A DNA stretch of 32,000 nt. Source: Candidatus Methanoperedens sp. (GTDB lineage: Archaea > Halobacteriota > Methanosarcinia > Methanosarcinales > Methanoperedenaceae). This document shows positions 22,755 to 30,614 of the stretch, piece after piece (positions within the stretch are counted from its first letter, which is position 1; each line of letters starts with the position of its first letter). The notes beneath the pieces were generated by a model that saw nothing but the letters and a program-made list of their open reading frames with translations, searched no databases and was not told the origin of the DNA. The stretch lies in contig JAQUQX010000014.1 of NCBI GenBank assembly GCA_028715885.1, positions 6,038-38,037 of the forward strand, in the 5' to 3' direction. Made by a program: the position numbers and the translations under genes.

Positions 22755-23078
22755 GTGAATATGGACAAAGAGACTTATAAATGTCCGAAATGTGGAAGTA
22801 ACGATAGCATTTGGCGGGGTTACAGGTATAATGAATCGGGGGAAAAAAGACTGAGAAAATGCAAGAATTGCGGTTCAAAATTCACACCAGATGATGGATT
22901 TTTAAGACGGCGTTATCAGAAAGAACACATTGTAGAGGCGGTCTCTCTTTATCAAAGAGGATTATCGCTAAGCAAAGTAAAAGATCACATGTGGCAGTAT
23001 CATGGAGTAAAAGTTTCTCGATGGATGATTCTTTTATGGTGGCGGGATTATTCCACGTTGATTGATAAATTCACTTAA
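22755..23078 (+). CDS. transposase-like zinc-ribbon + HTH protein (N-terminal module of IS1/IS6-type transposases, COG3677-like); no DDE catalytic domain
   Basis: 107 aa. The zinc ribbon is CPKCGS...CKNCGSKF. The HTH-like segment is EAVSLYQRGLSLSKVKDHMWQYHGVKVSRWMILLWW. It ends where the catalytic domain would normally begin. Only 81 nt remain before the convergent gene. Confidence 0.6.
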   Translation: MNMDKETYKCPKCGSNDSIWRGYRYNESGEKRLRKCKNCGSKFTPDDGFLRRRYQKEHIVEAVSLYQRGLSLSKVKDHMWQYHGVKVSRWMILLWWRDYSTLIDKFT

Positions 23079-23159
23079 ATCAATGAGGCTCACAACTCTT
23101 AAGGGTAGGAATTGCTCACCTCTTGACCCCATTATATTAATGAAAGCTCTACCGGGCGG

Positions 23160-24269
23160 TCAGGTCGAATGTGGAATATACCATGCAGGGACAAGAATGG
23201 CGCCGGGATTATTGAATCTCGCCGGTTTCTTCAGCCCGAGAATGTTCAAGGCAATTTCATAGTTGTTCTGCATTATCCTGCTTTTCTGCATAAAAGGTTT
23301 CATTTTATCAAGCAATGATACGATATTGATATCTTCGAGCGCAATCCCGAGTTCAGCCAATCTTTTTTCCTTTTTTAATGCCTTGGAAAAGGAATGATAT
23401 TGCATAGGTCCGCAGAATACCACCACATCCTGATAACCTGATTGGGCAGCCAATACGTTCAGACCTTCAATGATATTTGAGATTTTTATTTCATCTTCTC
23501 GCATTTTATTTCCCAGGAATTCCTCGTATGCCGATACAAACCCAAGTGCATGGTCTCTTAAATTTTTAACTACGTGCTCCCTTACCTTATATTTCAGTAA
23601 TCTTCCAAGCCTGCTTAAAAGTTCGCTGTAGAACTTCTCCGTTTCCTCGTATGAAACAGCCATCTGTTTATCCTGCATGGTGCTGTACCACAGGTGCTTT
23701 GGCGACTCGCGCAGTGCGGTTATCTCATTAACCACCCTCGCTATCCGTAGTACGAATTCGCCGTCTTTGTCAAGGATATCTTCATACACGGGAATTAGTT
23801 CTTCCCTGGTTTTAGTGTCCACACCATAAAAAACAACACTTAACGGGAGATGCTCTTTGCTTTCAATAAGCCTTATTTTTTTATCAATAATTCCCTTGAT
23901 GTAGATGCAATAAATCGCCTGTGACGCCCCGCTCATGCTGGCTGATATTTGATAGTACTCCGACCAGAATTCAAGCGGGGATATCAACCTTTTATTGTAT
24001 TTATTCTCAAGCTCAACAAAATCATTTGATATATCAAGGAAAACCGCCTGGGGATTAATGATATCAAGCAAACGCAGAACTTCGTTGTGGACGGCATCCA
24101 CGCCTGCCAGGGCACGCCTGGAACTCTCTGAAAAAAACCTGTCAAGTTTAAAGGGGTACTCAAGATGAGCACGCAAGGCGCTCTCGTCAACCCTGCCAAG
24201 CCAATCCCTCACAGCGACATCGTGGACGTCAAATATGTTTATAATGGGAATCAGGAATAGCTCTGGCAT
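23160..24269 (-). CDS. hypothetical protein (369 aa), no recognised domain
   Basis: A long uninterrupted ORF. The track start at 24272 is TTG; ATG is at 24269. Predicted soluble and largely helical. It lies 21 nt downstream of the 76-aa ORF. Confidence 0.6.
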   Translation of the reverse strand: MPELFLIPIINIFDVHDVAVRDWLGRVDESALRAHLEYPFKLDRFFSESSRRALAGVDAVHNEVLRLLDIINPQAVFLDISNDFVELENKYNKRLISPLEFWSEYYQISASMSGASQAIYCIYIKGIIDKKIRLIESKEHLPLSVVFYGVDTKTREELIPVYEDILDKDGEFVLRIARVVNEITALRESPKHLWYSTMQDKQMAVSYEETEKFYSELLSRLGRLLKYKVREHVVKNLRDHALGFVSAYEEFLGNKMREDEIKISNIIEGLNVLAAQSGYQDVVVFCGPMQYHSFSKALKKEKRLAELGIALEDINIVSLLDKMKPFMQKSRIMQNNYEIALNILGLKKPARFNNPGAILVPAWYIPHST

Positions 24270-24290
24270 CAATAAGATATTGTTTTGCGG

Positions 24291-24521
24291 TTATATGTTT
24301 GTTTGTGACCCCGCCGCTTTTTGCAGGACGGCTTTAATCTCCTTTCTGATATCAATTCCCGCAGAATTATCAAGATACGAAAGTCCTTCTTTTATCTTGG
24401 ATAAGTCCCAGGAGTTTTTCTGGAGTTCGGACAGGGCATTAATTAAAACGCCGATATCCTGCCGCTGTGTTGTTCCTGTTATGAATACGAATGAATCGCC
24501 CTGCCTTTCTAATCGTACCAT
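24291..24521 (-). CDS. hypothetical small protein (76 aa)
   Basis: ATG 24521 is preceded by a strong SD, GGAGGTG (24532..24526), with 4-nt spacing. No recognised motif. It is the likely first gene of a two-gene unit with 23160..24269. Confidence 0.6.
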   Translation of the reverse strand: MVRLERQGDSFVFITGTTQRQDIGVLINALSELQKNSWDLSKIKEGLSYLDNSAGIDIRKEIKAVLQKAAGSQTNI

Positions 24522-24642
24522 GGTTCACCTCCGATATATGCATCCATTACTAAATTATACTTAATAGTTTATATAATTTTTGTTCAATGAACTATCAAAT
24601 CGCCTTGATAAAAAAATAAGGGTAAACGCATCAGCGCTTACC

Positions 24643-24888
24643 TTATATTGTCCCGGATAATGAAATATCCATACTTGAGTCGTTAACCAGCGAATCCATT
24701 GCAGTGATGTCGCTCTCGGTCCCGAAAAGGTCTTCAGCGGATGTGGGGACGGGAGTCGCTGCAGGAGTTGTCTGTACAGGCGCGGGAGTTCCGGCTGTAG
24801 ATACGGGCGCTTCAGCCAGCTTATTGCCAACGCAGCCCAAAGCCGATGCAGTTACCACGAGCACAATCAGTATATAAATCCATTTCAT
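24643..24888 (-). CDS. small secreted lipoprotein-like protein, Thr/Pro-rich (81 aa)
   Basis: The signal peptide has a lipobox-like VTASALGC. A Pro/Thr/Ala-rich linker follows. A GGAGG SD lies 8 nt upstream of ATG 24888. It is preferred over the overlapping ORF 24561..24830. Confidence 0.6.
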   Translation of the reverse strand: MKWIYILIVLVVTASALGCVGNKLAEAPVSTAGTPAPVQTTPAATPVPTSAEDLFGTESDITAMDSLVNDSSMDISLSGTI

Positions 24889-24903
24889 ATTTTAAACCTC
24901 CTT

Positions 24904-25914
24904 TTAACTGCTGTTAGCGCTGGTGTTGCCGGCTGGCGTTGCAGTCGTTGTTACCGTTGGCGTCGCTGTAACGGTAACATTCGTTGTTGCCGTGGCAGTG
25001 CCTTCAGCTTCCAGTTCGCCCTTTTCGCTAACCCTTGCTTTTCCACCTGAGTGTTTCCTGAAATCCTTTACGAAATCCAGCACTTTCTTGCTTGCAGCCC
25101 TCAGGTCTTTGAGGGTTTCCCTTTGCGATTTATCCACCTGGAGCACGAATGCCTCTGCATCCTTATTATTTGTCACCGTGCCATTATCTGCAAATCCTGC
25201 ATGGCTTGTAAATAAGCCAGCGGTTGCCTGTTGGCTGTCCCTGGCTTTTTTCAGCAGTTCGTTATAATTTGCAGCATCCTTCTTAAGTTCAGAAGCGTCT
25301 TTGCCCTGGGCGGTAGCTTTCTGAATTGCTGCATCCAATCTTGCTGAAACATTATCGCCCTTTGTTATGAATGTATCTATTTTATTTTTAAGTACTATCT
25401 CGAAATCGTAGCGTGTTTCAAGCCTTATCTTAACCCATAAATCTTTTAACTCCTTATGGGCATCCCTGAATTCCTGGGTTGTGTTAGCCTGCTGCACTCT
25501 TGTCCTGATTTGTTCAAGCTGCGCTATACGGGCATCAATGTTCTTAGAAGCGTCGAATGGGATAATCCCTTTATTTTCAGGAAGTTCCACCCTGCTCTTC
25601 AGGACTTCAAGACTCGAAATTGCCTGGTCTGTCGTTCTTTCGATATATTCCCGGGTTTTGAGTGCTAATTCGTCCTTTGATTTCTTATCTTTTGCATCCT
25701 TGAACTGCTTACTGGCTTTCTCGAACTGGTCTTTTGCATCCTCAAATTTCTTCTTTGTTTCTTCGTATCTTTCCTTATGTTGCTGATATTGTTCTTTTGC
25801 CTTTTCGTACTGTTCTGTTTGGTTTTGCGCCATCGCAATCCCGGCAAAAAGGCTCAGTATGAATAATGCCGCAACAAGCGACGTTAATATAGTGAGCCCT
25901 TTTCTATTTTTCAT
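24904..25914 (-). CDS. secreted or membrane-anchored coiled-coil protein with a Thr-rich C-terminal tail
   Basis: The track start is 25941. ATG 25914 is preferred because AAGGAGGA lies 6 nt upstream. It gives the signal peptide MKNRKGLTILTSLVAALFILSLFAGIAMAQ. Long K/E/Q-rich heptad-like segments follow. The tail is TATATTNVTVTATPTVTTTATPAGNTSANSS. Confidence 0.65.
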   Translation of the reverse strand: MKNRKGLTILTSLVAALFILSLFAGIAMAQNQTEQYEKAKEQYQQHKERYEETKKKFEDAKDQFEKASKQFKDAKDKKSKDELALKTREYIERTTDQAISSLEVLKSRVELPENKGIIPFDASKNIDARIAQLEQIRTRVQQANTTQEFRDAHKELKDLWVKIRLETRYDFEIVLKNKIDTFITKGDNVSARLDAAIQKATAQGKDASELKKDAANYNELLKKARDSQQATAGLFTSHAGFADNGTVTNNKDAEAFVLQVDKSQRETLKDLRAASKKVLDFVKDFRKHSGGKARVSEKGELEAEGTATATTNVTVTATPTVTTTATPAGNTSANSS

Positions 25915-26115
25915 TTTAGTTCCTCCTTCTTTTGTTTTCAACCGTCTGGATTCGGCGATTGCATACCCAATACTATCATCTCTGAATAGATAAGCATACT
26001 TTTATACGTTAAAAAAATTAAGCTTTATTAGGGTAAATAATCCTTTACAACCCTTTATAAATGCTCTTTTAACTTTATAATAAGGTATATATATGATATT
26101 CTGAGATTACTATCC

Positions 26116-26868
26116 GTGTTTACAAAAAGATGGTTGGTCATTGTATTCGTACTTGTAACCAGCCTCGCTGCCGTAGCGCAGGCGGCGACCCTGCACGGCA
26201 CTATTTACGAATGGTCGGATTTTGAAAAGCCTCTTAAGAACGTGATAGTCGAAATCGGGGATAACTCAACAAGAGTTCAGTACAAGATTTCAACAACGGG
26301 CGAATATAACTTCACCCTTTCCCCGGGAAATTATTCAATCAAGGCAAAATATTATCGCAATAATATCCTCGAATTAACCGGTGAAGAGAATATCCAGATA
26401 GAGAAAGCAGATGAGTCCAGAGAGTTCGACATCCTGCTTTTCCCGCCAACTGAGCAAGAATATCAATATCTTGGAGATATAAACCTGACCCGCGAAATGG
26501 ATATAAAAAGCGAATATGATATGAATTATTACATGACTATCTTAATTTTAGCGCTCTTGGCTATCGTTATTTTCTATTTGTTTAAGAAGAAAAAAAATAC
26601 GGCAAACAAAACAATTACAAATGAACTATATCCGCAACCGCCTGAAAAAACAATTGAAAACCCGGGAGAGCTTCCCGAAGACCTCAATGAGATTTACGAG
26701 CTGATACTGAAAAAAGGCGGGAGAATAACCCAGAAGGAGCTAAGGAAAGAAGTGAAATACGGGGAGGCGAAGGTCAGTCTGATGCTGGACGACCTGGGGG
26801 AAAGGGGTTTGATCAAGAAAATAAAAAAAGGACGCGCTAACATTATAATTGCTGAAGTCAAAAAATAA
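26116..26868 (+). CDS. single-pass membrane protein: extracellular carboxypeptidase-regulatory-like beta-sandwich domain + cytoplasmic winged-helix DNA-binding domain (COG2512-like)
   Basis: 250 aa with a GTG start. Signal peptide ...SLAAVAQA. The segment GTIYEW...GEYNFTLSPGNYSIKAKYY resembles CarboxypepD_reg-type folds. The TM segment is YYMTILILALLAIVIFYLF. The C-terminal wHTH is ELILKKGGRITQKELRKEVKYGEAKVSLMLDDLGERGLIKK. Confidence 0.6.
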   Translation: MFTKRWLVIVFVLVTSLAAVAQAATLHGTIYEWSDFEKPLKNVIVEIGDNSTRVQYKISTTGEYNFTLSPGNYSIKAKYYRNNILELTGEENIQIEKADESREFDILLFPPTEQEYQYLGDINLTREMDIKSEYDMNYYMTILILALLAIVIFYLFKKKKNTANKTITNELYPQPPEKTIENPGELPEDLNEIYELILKKGGRITQKELRKEVKYGEAKVSLMLDDLGERGLIKKIKKGRANIIIAEVKK

Positions 26869-26923
26869 TAGGAAAAGAAGTAATTTCAAAATCGTAACAT
26901 TCATAGACGTATAAGACTTACTG

Positions 26924-28084
26924 GTGAACATGATTGAAAGGAAGGAAATAATCGAAGTATTATCTGAATACGATCTCAGTGAAACTACCATAGGAGTGCT
27001 GGCATCGCACTCTGCGCTGGACGTATGCGACGGGGCTGTGGAAGAAGGATTCAGGACACATGCGGTATGCGAGAAAGGTCGAGAGAAGACCTACACGGAA
27101 TATTTCAGGGCGCAAAGGCACAACGGGAACCCAATCCGTGGGATTGTGGACAGCGCCGATGTTTATAACAAATTCAACGAGATAATGAAACCCGGGAACC
27201 AGAAGAAACTGCGGGATAAAAATACTGTTTTCATCCCGAACCGCTCGTTTACCTCATATTGCGGGATAGATGAAATAGAAGATGATTTCAAAGTCCCGAT
27301 GTTCGGGAGCCGAAACCTCCTCCGCAGCGAAGAGCGCGGCATCGAGCGCGATTATTACTGGCTGCTTGAAAAAGCGGGTCTCCCATTCCCTGAAAAAATC
27401 AAAAAACCCGAAGATATCGACAGCCTTGTCATGGTAAAACTTCCTCATGCAGTAAAGAAACTTGAGCGCGGCTTCTTCACGGCATCCTCGTATGCGGAAT
27501 TCAAACAAAAATCGGGGGCTTTCCTGAAGCAGGGTGTAATCACGCAGGACGCGCTGGCTGATGCAAGAATCGAGCGATATATAATAGGACCTGTTTTTAA
27601 CCTTGACTTTTTTTACTCACCCATTGAAGATAATATGAGCAGGATTGAACTGCTGGGCATAGACTGGCGCTTTGAAACAAGCCTCGACGGACATGTGCGA
27701 TTACCCGCGCCGCAGCAGATGACGCTGAATGAGCGCCAGATCACGCCCGAATACACGGTATGCGGGCACAATTCAGCAACGCTTCGCGAATCCTTGCTGG
27801 AAGATGCTTTTGAGCTTGCTGAAAAATACGTCAAAGCCACGCAAAAATACTATAAACCAGGGATTATAGGACCTTTCTGTCTCCAGACCTGCGTGGACAA
27901 AGACCTGAACTTCTATGTATATGACGTGGCGCCGCGCGTGGGCGGAGGCACGAACGTGCATGTCTCGGTTGGACATCCGTACGGCAATACACTCTGGCGC
28001 AAGCCTGTGAGCACCGGGCGAAGAATGGCTATGGAGATAAGGCGGGCTATTGAGCAGGAAAGGGTGGAAGAGATTGTTACATGA
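26924..28084 (+). CDS. purP: 5-formaminoimidazole-4-carboxamide ribonucleotide (FAICAR) synthetase PurP
   Basis: 386 aa (GTG 26924, or ATG 26930). The archaeal PurP pattern is present: IGVLASHSALDV..., ATP-grasp-like core, YVYDVAPRVGGGTN. Confidence 0.88.
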   Translation: MNMIERKEIIEVLSEYDLSETTIGVLASHSALDVCDGAVEEGFRTHAVCEKGREKTYTEYFRAQRHNGNPIRGIVDSADVYNKFNEIMKPGNQKKLRDKNTVFIPNRSFTSYCGIDEIEDDFKVPMFGSRNLLRSEERGIERDYYWLLEKAGLPFPEKIKKPEDIDSLVMVKLPHAVKKLERGFFTASSYAEFKQKSGAFLKQGVITQDALADARIERYIIGPVFNLDFFYSPIEDNMSRIELLGIDWRFETSLDGHVRLPAPQQMTLNERQITPEYTVCGHNSATLRESLLEDAFELAEKYVKATQKYYKPGIIGPFCLQTCVDKDLNFYVYDVAPRVGGGTNVHVSVGHPYGNTLWRKPVSTGRRMAMEIRRAIEQERVEEIVT

Positions 28085-28109
28085 TTACAGATAAAAAGGA
28101 GATGCAAAC

Positions 28110-29477
28110 ATAAAATCCATAATTCTTGCAGGTGGTTCGGGCACGCGCCTCTGGCCGCTTAGCCGTGAGCAATACCCGAAACAGTTTTTGAAATTGGGCA
28201 AGACCTCGCTTTTCCAGGACACCGTGCTGCGATGCCTCATGGTGTCTGAGCTATCCGGGATATTTGTGGTTACAAATGAAGCCCAGAAGTTCTTTGTGAC
28301 AGGACAGATGGAGGAACTCGGGATTGATATTCCAGAGGAAAACGTACTCATTGAACCCCATGGAAAGAATACGCTGCCTGCAATCTGTTTTGGGATGCGC
28401 GAGATACAAAAACGATTCGGTACGTGTGCTGTGGGAGTATTTCCTTCAGACCACATACTGGACATGGAAGCGATGCGCACAATCGCGCAAGCGGAAAAAC
28501 TGGCATCAAGGTATCTTGTTACCTTCGGCATAAAGCCGGCTGCGCCTCACACAGGCTACGGGTACATAAAACCCGGGGAAAGCCTGGAAAACGGCTTTGA
28601 GGTCATCGAGTTCCGGGAGAAGCCAAAACTTAAAGAAGCAATGAAATACATTGAAGAGGGATGCCTCTGGAACAGCGGCATGTTCATGCTCTCTACCGCA
28701 ATATTTTTTGAAGAGTTAAAAACCCATGCCCCGCAAATATTCGGCGCATTCGCAAAATCTGCGGATATTGAGCAAATATACCGCGATATTCCATCCATCT
28801 CCATTGACTACGGAATAATGGAGAAATCTGACAGGGCTGCGGTTGTAAGGCTCGAATACAGGTGGAGCGACCTGGGAGACTTCGATTCGTTTTATGCCGA
28901 GGCTGAAAAGAACGGACAGGGGAACGCAGTCTATAATTGCGATAATGTCTCACTGGATTCCGGTTCAAACTTGATATATTCAAAAATGGATAAATTAGTA
29001 TCGCTGATTGATGTCAATGATATGGCAGTGGTGGACACGGCTGATGCGCTTCTTGTATGCCCCAGGAAAAGCAGCCAGAAAGTGAAGGAAATAGTGGCTG
29101 AGCTGAAAAAAAAGAAGGACGAAAGGGCGCTCTTGCACCAGACCGTTTACAGACCCTGGGGCTCATACACCGTACTTGAACATTCTAAGAGACACAAGAT
29201 AAAAAATATACTGGTCACGCCGGGGAAGAAACTCAGCCTCCAGCTTCATAAATACAGGAGCGAGCACTGGGTAGTTGTGAAGGGAAACGCATGTGTTCAT
29301 GTTGATGGCAAAGAATTCCATTTACATGAAGGGGAAAGTACATTTATAAAACCGGATACAAAACACAGGCTGTCAAATCCCGGAACCATTCCGCTTGAAA
29401 TCATTGAGGTGCAGCTTGGGGATTATGTTGGAGAGGATGATATTGTAAGGTTCGAGGACGAATACGGAAGGGTGTAA
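28110..29477 (+). CDS. manC: bifunctional mannose-1-phosphate guanylyltransferase / mannose-6-phosphate isomerase (type II PMI-GMP, ManC/CpsB type); start codon unresolved
   Basis: The track ORF starts at TTG 28188, but the conserved N-terminal loop IKSIILAGGSGTRLWPLSREQYPKQFLKL is encoded in frame from 28110. No ATG, GTG or TTG lies between the in-frame stop (28092) and 28188. A GGAG at 28098..28101 sits 8 nt before ATA 28110. A C-terminal cupin is present (HWVVVKG...HRLSNPG). Confidence 0.8.
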   Translation: MKSIILAGGSGTRLWPLSREQYPKQFLKLGKTSLFQDTVLRCLMVSELSGIFVVTNEAQKFFVTGQMEELGIDIPEENVLIEPHGKNTLPAICFGMREIQKRFGTCAVGVFPSDHILDMEAMRTIAQAEKLASRYLVTFGIKPAAPHTGYGYIKPGESLENGFEVIEFREKPKLKEAMKYIEEGCLWNSGMFMLSTAIFFEELKTHAPQIFGAFAKSADIEQIYRDIPSISIDYGIMEKSDRAAVVRLEYRWSDLGDFDSFYAEAEKNGQGNAVYNCDNVSLDSGSNLIYSKMDKLVSLIDVNDMAVVDTADALLVCPRKSSQKVKEIVAELKKKKDERALLHQTVYRPWGSYTVLEHSKRHKIKNILVTPGKKLSLQLHKYRSEHWVVVKGNACVHVDGKEFHLHEGESTFIKPDTKHRLSNPGTIPLEIIEVQLGDYVGEDDIVRFEDEYGRV

Positions 29478-29723
29478 TTACCACGACACCACTTTATCAT
29501 ATTCAAACAACATCTCTACAATCCTGTCGTATCCAACACACTCATGTCCTGTAACCCCTCTTGCCCCGGCATCCTCGGCGCAGGCATAGGTCGTCAAATC
29601 TGATTTTGCGTAAACGGCATCGTGCAGCAGCAATATTGCAACCTCGTTGTCCCTGCTCTGCGCTTTTGCTACCTCTATAGGGGTTTTATCATTCGGGTTC
29701 CGGATAATGTGGAGGATTTTCAT
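29478..29723 (-). CDS. dsrH: DsrH/TusB-family sulfur-relay protein
   Basis: 81 aa. MKILHIIRN...VAILLLHDAVYA...YACAEDAGARGV fits the DsrH/TusB pattern. It is the last gene of the dsrEFH-like triplet. Confidence 0.75.
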   Translation of the reverse strand: MKILHIIRNPNDKTPIEVAKAQSRDNEVAILLLHDAVYAKSDLTTYACAEDAGARGVTGHECVGYDRIVEMLFEYDKVVSW

Positions 29724-29725
29724 AA

Positions 29726-30076
29726 TTAAAAAGGTATCACAATATCAGATTCTGTTATTGTTTTCACAATCTCTTCACGACCCGCTGCCTTTACATTTGC
29801 GAGCAGGTTCGATATTCCCCTTTTTTCCATGGAAAATTTATCAGCCAGCAAAGAACATTTCAGCATGGAAAGCGCCTCGAATTCCTTATTCAACGGCTTA
29901 AGATTAACCAGCTCGGGTTTAATTGGAGTTGCCGTATAAACGCCGTCGTCCATGAAAATAACCGTTACCTTATCCTCACGCAGCGTCAGCCCCACGCTCA
30001 TACGCAGAGCCTCGGCATTTCTTCGTGTATTCAGTGGAAGGTTTCGCACAATTACGGTTATTTTTTTCATAATCAC
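29726..30076 (-). CDS. dsrF: DsrF/TusC-family sulfur-relay protein
   Basis: 116 aa (GTG 30076, or ATG 30070). DsrE/F fold pattern: KITVIVRNLPLNT..AEALRMSVGL...VIFMDDGVY...EKRGI. Confidence 0.75.
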   Translation of the reverse strand: MIMKKITVIVRNLPLNTRRNAEALRMSVGLTLREDKVTVIFMDDGVYTATPIKPELVNLKPLNKEFEALSMLKCSLLADKFSMEKRGISNLLANVKAAGREEIVKTITESDIVIPF

Positions 30077-30375
30077 CCGAAAGAAATGAACCTGTCAACA
30101 TCGCCCGCCATGCATGCATGGTCATACTGGCTTCCGAACAAAATCCCATCTACCCTGCTCACACCGCGCTGTTCCACATTGAGCGCGCAGACGGCGATAT
30201 TAACACCTTTTTTGACAAGTTCTGTAAACTCTTTTTTATGAATATTGTACACGCCATCGTACATCAAGAAAATTGATACTTCATGACCCTGTTCCCTTGC
30301 TGCCGAGCTTATTGAAATAACCGTATCGGTATTCTCATTTTCAGGGCTTGTGGTCAGAAGTATCCCGAGTTTCAT
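30073..30375 (-). CDS. dsrE: DsrE/TusD-family sulfur-relay protein with a conserved Cys
   Basis: 100 aa. MKLGILLTTSP...IFLMYDGVY...IAVCALNVEQRG. The Cys lies in the position of the DsrE/TusD persulfide-carrying Cys. There is a 4-nt overlap on both sides. Confidence 0.8.
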   Translation of the reverse strand: MKLGILLTTSPENENTDTVISISSAAREQGHEVSIFLMYDGVYNIHKKEFTELVKKGVNIAVCALNVEQRGVSRVDGILFGSQYDHACMAGDVDRFISFG

Positions 30376-30614
30376 GCCTTGCGTATCCTCACTTTCCAGA
30401 GTTTATCGCCCTTCTGCTCGATTCCCATTATCTTATGCCCCTCGTTTTTCAGGCTGCGCGGCACATTTTCCACAGCCGGGGCGTGGTCAAATGTCACGAA
30501 TAATTCCTCGCCGCTGTCAAGTTCTTCAAGTTTGAGTTTTGTCTTTACAAAGGTATAGGGGCACACTTCGCCCCTCAAATCCAGTTCGATTGCCATATTC
30601 ATCATATCCTGCAT
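30372..30614 (-). CDS. tusA: TusA/SirA-family sulfur carrier protein
   Basis: The track ORF (to 30677) overlaps the ThiF-like gene. Internal ATGs lie at 30614, 30605, 30602 and 30596. The core LDLRGEVCPYTFVKTKLKLEELDSGEELFVTFD matches the TusA pattern with its active-site Cys. Confidence 0.8.
   Translation of the reverse strand: MQDMMNMAIELDLRGEVCPYTFVKTKLKLEELDSGEELFVTFDHAPAVENVPRSLKNEGHKIMGIEQKGDKLWKVRIRKA

Noticed and set aside
29472-29483. The convergent manC and dsrH genes abut with zero intergenic distance; their stop codons form the palindrome TAATTA
   Set aside because: This is real but probably just compact gene packing. There is no additional structure, so it is not reported as a feature.
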